Assembly (NCBI GenBank): GCA_030141605.1
Contig: JAQGDQ010000181.1
Coordinates: forward strand, 124,001 to 188,000
Source of the DNA: Tubiluchus corallicola
Lineage: Eukaryota > Animalia > Priapulida
Direction of reading: 5' to 3'
Length of the DNA stretch: 64,000 bases
In this document: piece after piece, positions 59,001 through 64,000 of the stretch
How positions within the stretch are numbered: position 1 is the stretch's first letter
Layout of the letters: every line of letters starts with the position of its first letter
Program-made: the position numbers and the translations under genes
The notes under the pieces: model-generated
What the model was told of the DNA's origin: nothing
What the model saw: only the letters and a program-made list of their open reading frames with translations
Databases searched by the model: none

Positions 59001-62000
59001 TAAATAATTACTATTACCACCAGCTTGCTGTGTTAAGCAGCTAAGCTATGTTCAGAAAATATATTCCGCATCAAGAGTATTTTTGTGATGTGAACACAGG
59101 GTAACATTCATTTTAATAACACTTCTACCTTGACTGAAACTTTTTGGTTAAATTTATCATCAAAGCGCAGCGTCAGAACAGAATGCACGCACGGCGATTC
59201 AAAGCAAACAGAGCTGCTATATACACCACATTGAAAGCTCTTATATAAAACGGCAAGCTCCATTCTGATAGAAAGCACCTTAAACAAAATCACACAAACA
59301 GCTAACAGTTAAGATAGAAACAAGTCAAGGAGTCAACTTCTATTGCATAAGTATAGCTTAAAACTGCCTAGTGAAGTATAAAAAAACACCGAGGTTTCAA
59401 CAAATTCCATCCAACGTAAATTTTGAATCCATTTTTACATACCTTAAGTATTGTTTCTCCAATGTACTCTGGAGCTAAATGTGGTGCAGCACACTCAACA
59501 TACTGCTGCACAAACTTCAGCTGCCTTTCCGACACAAAAATGTGAGTTATTTCATCACCTAATGTACTTGTCGCTGTTAATGGAAGTTTAGCTTGAGTAG
59601 CCATACCGCCTCCCAGTTCTATTAACCTGCAAAAAATTGTCCGCATAACAAACATGTGGAATACTGTCATCAATTAATTACTCAAAGAGGTATTTTAAGT
59701 GTGATTATCCATAACTAATGGTTTAATAAAAGAACAATTAATCTTATGGCAAGTTTTTTACAGAAAAAGATGATGCTGAAATAACTGTAAATACATAGGG
59801 ATTTGAAACTGCGATCAGTAATTACGTCTACTTGCTCTAACCATCTCAGCTAGCAGGTCTGAAGGCATCCCTATAACAGACCAGCCACAGAGCGCCACCT
59901 ATAACCTTGCACAATAGGATGTTGTCGTTCAGTTAATTAATTAATTAATCAATTAACTGATGATTAACTCACTTAAAGTGATGTTACTCACAATTAAAAT
60001 GCATTTTGAGTGAGAAAATTGTTAATTACTAGCTAACTGATTAACCAATCACCTGATTACTGAACAACAATTAATCTATTGTCACGCATTGTCAGAATTG
60101 AGAATTATGTATTAAATACAATCCAAAATGCAATGATCTTCTTGCAAAATGGCAAACAAGAATAGACTGAACATTTTCTCCACAATAGTCTAACAGGGAA
60201 TGAAAAGGGAAATTTAAAACATACACATTCCATAGAGTGTTATATTATTTAGAATTATGCTTTCCTGTTTGAAAGACTTACGTAACTGGGTTTTTTTTGT
60301 GTTCGCGTCACCTGCAATGCCATCCCAGCGTACATTACTGATTTGCCAAAAAAACATCATTAATCTTATTATCAGTATAAAATAGTTTAATGTTTTGCTT
60401 AGTTAGCAAAACAAACCACCATTAAACTGCCTGTGTCTAACTAATGAATTCTGATTAGTCAGTATTAAACAGCCTTGGCACTAAATACATTACTGTGAAA
60501 TCAGAGCCTTTTAAACAATAGAAACTGAGTAAACCCCTGCAGGCCCCCTTAAATTTCTGGTAGGATCTGTCTTTTACCCACCCAGGGTCTGTCATTTTGT
60601 AATAGGGTTACACCTGGTCATTTTGCACTTTCAGGTTATTATTTTCTGGTATAGCAGTGATTGCTAATATTAACTAATATTAACAAAATGACCTAAACTG
60701 TTCTATTAGCTGTTGCAAAGCAGTACATTTGCTAGTTTTAGATATATCTGCTTTTAATTGCACTGCTGTCAAGTACATTGCATAAATTGTTCTGATTAAG
60801 ATCGATACAATTTTGACAAAAACAAAAGAGGAGCAAGTAAAAAAATAAATTAAAAGTAGAAATAGCTCTCTTAACATTGGGATGGTGAATGCACTACTGT
60901 TTTACTAGGTGATGTGCATGTTGTAAATTATTAACAATGTAATCTTTTCCAGTTACAAAAGTCTTTTAAACAAGAAAGCTAAAAGTGCTCTCAGATACCT
61001 TCAAAATGTCACGAAATGCAGAAAAATACAAGAAATTCTTTATGAACATTATCGGCAAAGAAAAGTTGATTAACTTGTCTTTTAAGCAATGGTTAAACGT
61101 TTATAAAAACACTGTAAATATTTATTAGTTTCGAACAAAATAAGTTGTCCAGAACATAAAATCTCTCTTAAAGTGGCCATGGCTGCTTCAAAAATGTCCT
61201 CAAAAGCAGCAAACTGCAATGGCAAAAGCGCTTACAGTGCTCCCTCCAGACTAGGCCCCTAACTACTCTCGTTAGGCTCTTGGGTAAGATAATCCTCGAG
61301 GCACAATTTCTCAAAAAGGTGCTGATTGAAATGCAGTGTGTATAATCCATTGTTGTTACAAGAACAAATACATCAAATCATGCTGAGGCTGTCTGTATAA
61401 CTTACGAGGTGACTGACACTTGTGGAAGTCAACCAACCAGGAAATGGTGCATTTCTAGCTTTATTTTAGTAACATAGTTTAAATTTGAGACACTAAAATT
61501 AAATTTTATTTAATAACAAAAGTAACGCATAACTATAACTTACTTCTTAGTTTAAACAAAATTTTTTATTGAAGATGTAACATCGAACTAGAAATAGACA
61601 GTTTTACAACTGATATATGTTCCGCCCTAGTGGGATGAAACGCTAGAGGCAAATGCAGAACAAGAGCGACCACAATGTACAAGAAATGTTGCAATAAATA
61701 TGAACATTAAAATATAATGAGAGTAACACAGTTAATACTATTTACTGCACTAAAACAAAATTTTGAATGTTCACAGAATTATCTAGGGTATGGTTACCAT
61801 GCAGGAACACACGTACAAGTTCATTTGTTGCAAGACTGTAAACATTGATGTTAAAATTTGACTAAAGAGTGCAGAGATTTGCAAACAAATCATGTCTGAC
61901 CTGATGGTAAGGAGGGCAGCTAATTAAGTAACGGCCAACTGTTTCATAAGTAGAACTATATTGACAACTAGGTGATACCAGCAAGCCCTTCGTAATATTT

Positions 62001-63813
62001 ACATTTTCTGAGGAATAAATCATATAAACTTACTTCTTACATGCCGAAGACTTCATTTGATTGTCAATAAATATCACAGCATTCCAACCTTTGAAAAGAG
62101 AAGCATGACGGCTAGCAGCATTTCGCCGGCATGTGTTGGGAGCAGCTAAAAAGTGCTCCTGTACCTAAAATAAGAATAAGTTCCTAAACCAGTTGATAAT
62201 ATCATTAGTTAAAAAAACCATAGTGAGGTGACTTTTCACATCAGATCCCGTTTTGAAGTACGGTAAAAAGTATACATTTTAACACATATAATAATGCCAA
62301 AGTTTCTGATAATTAAATAATAGGTTAAAATGTATTAATGAGAGGCGAGCCCAAAGAGTGATGATATCACAACTGACCATAATTATCATAACATCACAAC
62401 TGAGCATTTCAAGCACATGTTTGCGAAAGTGAAAATTGAATACAGTGCTACTGTACAACATTCATTTTGAAGTACAAAACTCTGCAAATTTTAATTTTAA
62501 AATTTAAATTTCAAGTTTACCGCTATGCTCAAGCATGAGTTCTAGAACAGCCAAGAGTTATCCGTGCGAACACGATTATCTTAACTTCAAAAAATAGTAT
62601 GCCGCCTTTAAATATTTTATATTGAATTAAAACAAGCCCGGTTTTCCATTGATACTTGTATGACTTTTCTTTTTCCAAGACAAAATGAAAATAATGTATT
62701 AGTTTATGTTAAATTAACATCAATTTATGCCCAAGAACAAAAACAGCTAAAAATACAAGCTAGGGCAGCAACAGTAATAATAATGCAGAGTGTCTCAAAA
62801 CTCTCTCACTAATTCGAATTTTGTTTTTCTTTACAGTTGGTCAACCATCGCTGTTCATCTTGAAATAAACTCTCATCATCAGTTAGAAATTTTTTCGGTC
62901 TATATTTAAAATTTAGTGTAATTTTCTTTTGCTACCATACAATCCCTAAGGTAGAGGTATAATATCACAGGAGGTTTTATAATCTGTGGTGGACGTGCAA
63001 TGACGATTCCAGCGACAGGTTCTTCATAGTATGACGCCACCGAAATTCTCCGCATTTAAGCCAACTTGTCATCTGGTTTCCCTTGTAATTACTGTTTTGA
63101 TATTTTTTCAAAAAGATTGGGGGACTTTTGTAACACCTGTACTTGTGGTAACACAGTGAACAATAACTTTTTTAAATACGTTTATAAATAAACAGTAGCA
63201 TTGTTGCCATACAGTTAATTACTGTTCAGTAGTGTCATTTACGATAATTTTCTACAACTTTACCAGCTACAGTGATATACACAAATTACATGAACCACAC
63301 CCGCTAGCTTATAACTGAGCCTACAACAGATTCTGTCACATAAATCTGTCTTTTCGCTTTCTTTTTGTCTATCATAAGACGGAATTTTTGCACCCTTGCA
63401 GGCGATAAAATTATCAAGCCATCATGAGGTATATTTCACTGTATTTTTGCATACAAAACTGTTGTAAATGTATTTTAAATTTGTATATAAAAAATGTATA
63501 TATATATATATATATATATAAAAAATGTATATAATTCCAAATGACTTACGACTTATGAAGTAACAAGTTTATCAATTTAGTAGTACAGTACTGTATCAAT
63601 AATAGATTACTGAACAATCAGATTATATCGTAGTACATGAAATCAAATTTATTCAGCACAACAATGAGAAAATGCTCTAACATAAATTATCGATAAATAT
63701 ACAAACCTGAATATTAGTTGGTGTAGTAATGCTCCATTCAAACTCAAGCTCTTCCAACCAATATCCACATTTAATACTTTCCGTAACATACCTAGCAGTC
63801 AATATCCAGCGGC
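43947..63813 (-). CDS. SLF1: SMC5-SMC6 complex localization factor 1 (ANKRD32/BRCTx): tandem BRCT, helical middle, C-terminal ankyrin repeats; 5' end outside the window
   Basis: BRCT1 end GRWILTARYVTESIKCGYWLEELEFEW, BRCT2 LFKGWNAV...LIELGGG...THIF, middle RYPPEYVLH...LSYHPP...PWEFIEEVL, ankyrins NKKNYKGETRLHLAC, DNAGWTALHEAC, GITPLHDAV. Sixteen in-phase exons lead to TAA at 43947. Confidence 0.88.
45270..45700 (+). mobile_element. CR1/L2-like LINE 3' fragment
   Basis: KYNAIKLWLNIPDEFK...KFKK ORF2 C-terminal motif followed by a 3'UTR and a TTA-rich tail. Confidence 0.6.
45978..46290. mobile_element. hAT-type MITE (young)
   Basis: TIR CAGTGCCTATTTCA/TGAAATAGGCCCTG; perfect 8-bp TSD ACTATAAC. 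Confidence 0.9.
46458..46568 (-). CDS. SLF1: SLF1 exon (ankyrin repeat 3)
   Basis: DKGITPLHDAVQNNHLNVVKLLLQHG|gtgagt. Confidence 0.92.
47043..47228 (-). CDS. SLF1: SLF1 exon (ankyrin repeats 1-2)
   Basis: GETRLHLACMRN...VNARDNAGWTALHEACARG. Confidence 0.92.
47704..47776 (-). CDS. SLF1: SLF1 exon (pre-ankyrin)
   Basis: DSRTVLNKG...MDINKKNYK-G. Confidence 0.85.
47807..48307. mobile_element. hAT/Charlie-like MITE
   Basis: Right end GTTTGGGAACCCCTG, degenerate left end CAAGATTCTCCAAAG; 8-bp TSD TATTAGAT/TATTGGAT; subterminal GGGGTCAAT repeats. Confidence 0.75.
48718..49295 (-). CDS. SLF1: SLF1 exon carrying poly-His and the 9-aa HLSPxR repeat array (internal structure uncertain)
   Basis: ttttacag|(D)AIGDN...PDKF|gtaagt is the only phase 1-0 bridge to the ankyrin exons. 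There is an internal in-frame donor at 49278. Confidence 0.7.
49385..49890. repeat. Decayed pentanucleotide microsatellite (GATCT/GGCCT/AAGTC periodicity)
   Basis: ctgatctgat, ggcctggcctggcct, caggtcaggttaggtc. Confidence 0.6.
50002..50113 (-). CDS. SLF1: SLF1 exon
   Basis: VQTASMIAWLVTMVAEC...LASCIY; phase 0-1. Confidence 0.8.
50478..50646 (-). CDS. SLF1: SLF1 exon
   Basis: AAEDGKG...SLIETIMWP...SLEQ; phase 2-0. Confidence 0.8.
51735..52077. mobile_element. PIF/Harbinger-like MITE (second partial copy at about 58320-58420)
   Basis: TIRs ATTCAGACTAGTGAGT ... ACTCACTAGTCTGAATGCGCCA; TTA flanks. Confidence 0.75.
52216..52356 (-). CDS. SLF1: SLF1 exon
   Basis: GCQGDV...LLTYLVTLLEMN; phase 2-2. 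Confidence 0.82.
52892..53064 (-). CDS. SLF1: SLF1 exon
   Basis: KSPHLAIAEKALRLLRQVLSYHPP...PWEFIEEVL|gtaagt. Confidence 0.85.
53267..53780. mobile_element. Tigger/pogo-like MITE
   Basis: TA-CAGTCATACCTCCGTTTTCGA ... TCGAAAACAGAGGTATGACTG-TA. Confidence 0.9.
54464..54709 (-). CDS. SLF1: SLF1 exon
   Basis: GCSDMRMFPE...INRYPPEYVLHKIMRLLIL|gtaagt. Confidence 0.85.
54991..55566. mobile_element. Tigger/pogo-like MITE
   Basis: CAGTAAGTCCTTGCTTAA ... TTAAGCGAGGTCTTACTG-TA. Confidence 0.75.
55627..56393 (-). CDS. SLF1: SLF1 large exon (low-complexity region)
   Basis: Contains ORF 55618-56262; acceptor atttacag at 56394 preserves frame; donor CTG|gtaagt. Confidence 0.78.
57381..57488 (-). CDS. 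SLF1: SLF1 exon
   Basis: FEGEKIDICKEIVDNLIKSAV...; phase 1-1. Confidence 0.7.
58462..58633 (-). CDS. SLF1: SLF1 exon
   Basis: QNGADN...TPAKR...SPTPTKRLF...; phase 0-1, donor gtaagt. Confidence 0.8.
59443..59626 (-). CDS. SLF1: SLF1 exon (BRCT2)
   Basis: LIELGGG...ITHIFV...PEYIGETILK|gtatgt. Confidence 0.88.
59795..59860 (-). mobile_element. Degenerate tRNA-derived SINE head
   Basis: The - strand reads CTAGCTGAGATGGTTAGAGC...GTTTCAAATCCC. Confidence 0.5.
62034..62164 (-). CDS. SLF1: SLF1 exon (BRCT linker and start of BRCT2)
   Basis: VQEHFLAAPNTCRR...LFKGWNAVIFIDN; donor gtaagt. Confidence 0.87.
62786..63139. mobile_element. Degenerate Tc1/mariner-type MITE
   Basis: CAGAGTGTCTCAAAA ... 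TTTTGTAACACCTG-TA. Confidence 0.55.
63484..63535. repeat. (TA)n microsatellite
   Basis: tatatatatata run. Confidence 0.9.
63707..63813 (-). CDS. SLF1: SLF1 exon (end of BRCT1)
   Basis: ttcag|(G)RWILTARYVTESIKCGYWLEELEFEWSITTPTNIQ|gtttgt. Confidence 0.88.
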
Positions 63814-64000
63814 CTGAAATGTACAGAATTTAGAAGGCAATAGCAAGCTGCTACAGTGAAGCCAACTACACAACCAAGAGCACTGTGAAGACTAATGAAA
63901 GAACTATCTGTGCTATTAATTTAGCTTGACTCTATGATAACTTTAATTATAATTATGTGATCATATTTTAGTCAAGTCTTCTTTCTTTTTATATAGATAA

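Noticed and set aside
38282-63813. Functional DNA-damage gene cluster (cyclin G + SLF1)
   Set aside because: Simple tandem adjacency with no shared promoter; no evidence beyond coincidence without synteny data

Overview
AT-rich invertebrate metazoan genomic DNA with GT-AG spliceosomal introns; there is no prokaryotic content. I assembled four protein-coding genes by hand from splice sites and reading-frame phase. (1) The 5' end of CUX1/cut-CASP on the - strand (exons 15058-15120, 7534-7644, 4826-4952), continuing off the left edge. (2) A complete 15-exon NUP88 on the + strand (15381-34113, about 725 aa), head-to-head with CUX1 across 260 bp. (3) A cyclin G on the - strand with an intronless 399-aa CDS (38282-39481), a 5'UTR intron and a long 3'UTR. 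(4) Most of SLF1/ANKRD32 (BRCT-BRCT...ankyrin) on the - strand (43947-63813), with its 5' end off the right edge. Introns contain many MITEs (Tigger, hAT, Harbinger, mariner), nested LINE fragments (RTE, L2, CR1), tRNA-derived SINEs and microsatellites. The most notable unexplained signals are: a 9-aa HLSPxR (CDK/SPKK-type) tandem array in SLF1 that can be spliced out in frame; a Penelope-type minimal hammerhead ribozyme inside an inverted repeat in NUP88 intron 3; a candidate alternative CUX1 promoter and exon next to a dense cluster of CUT-domain (ATCRAT) sites; and a uORF-rich cyclin G leader with a p53-half-site-bearing tandem repeat upstream. Gene identities rest on recalled protein motifs, not database searches.
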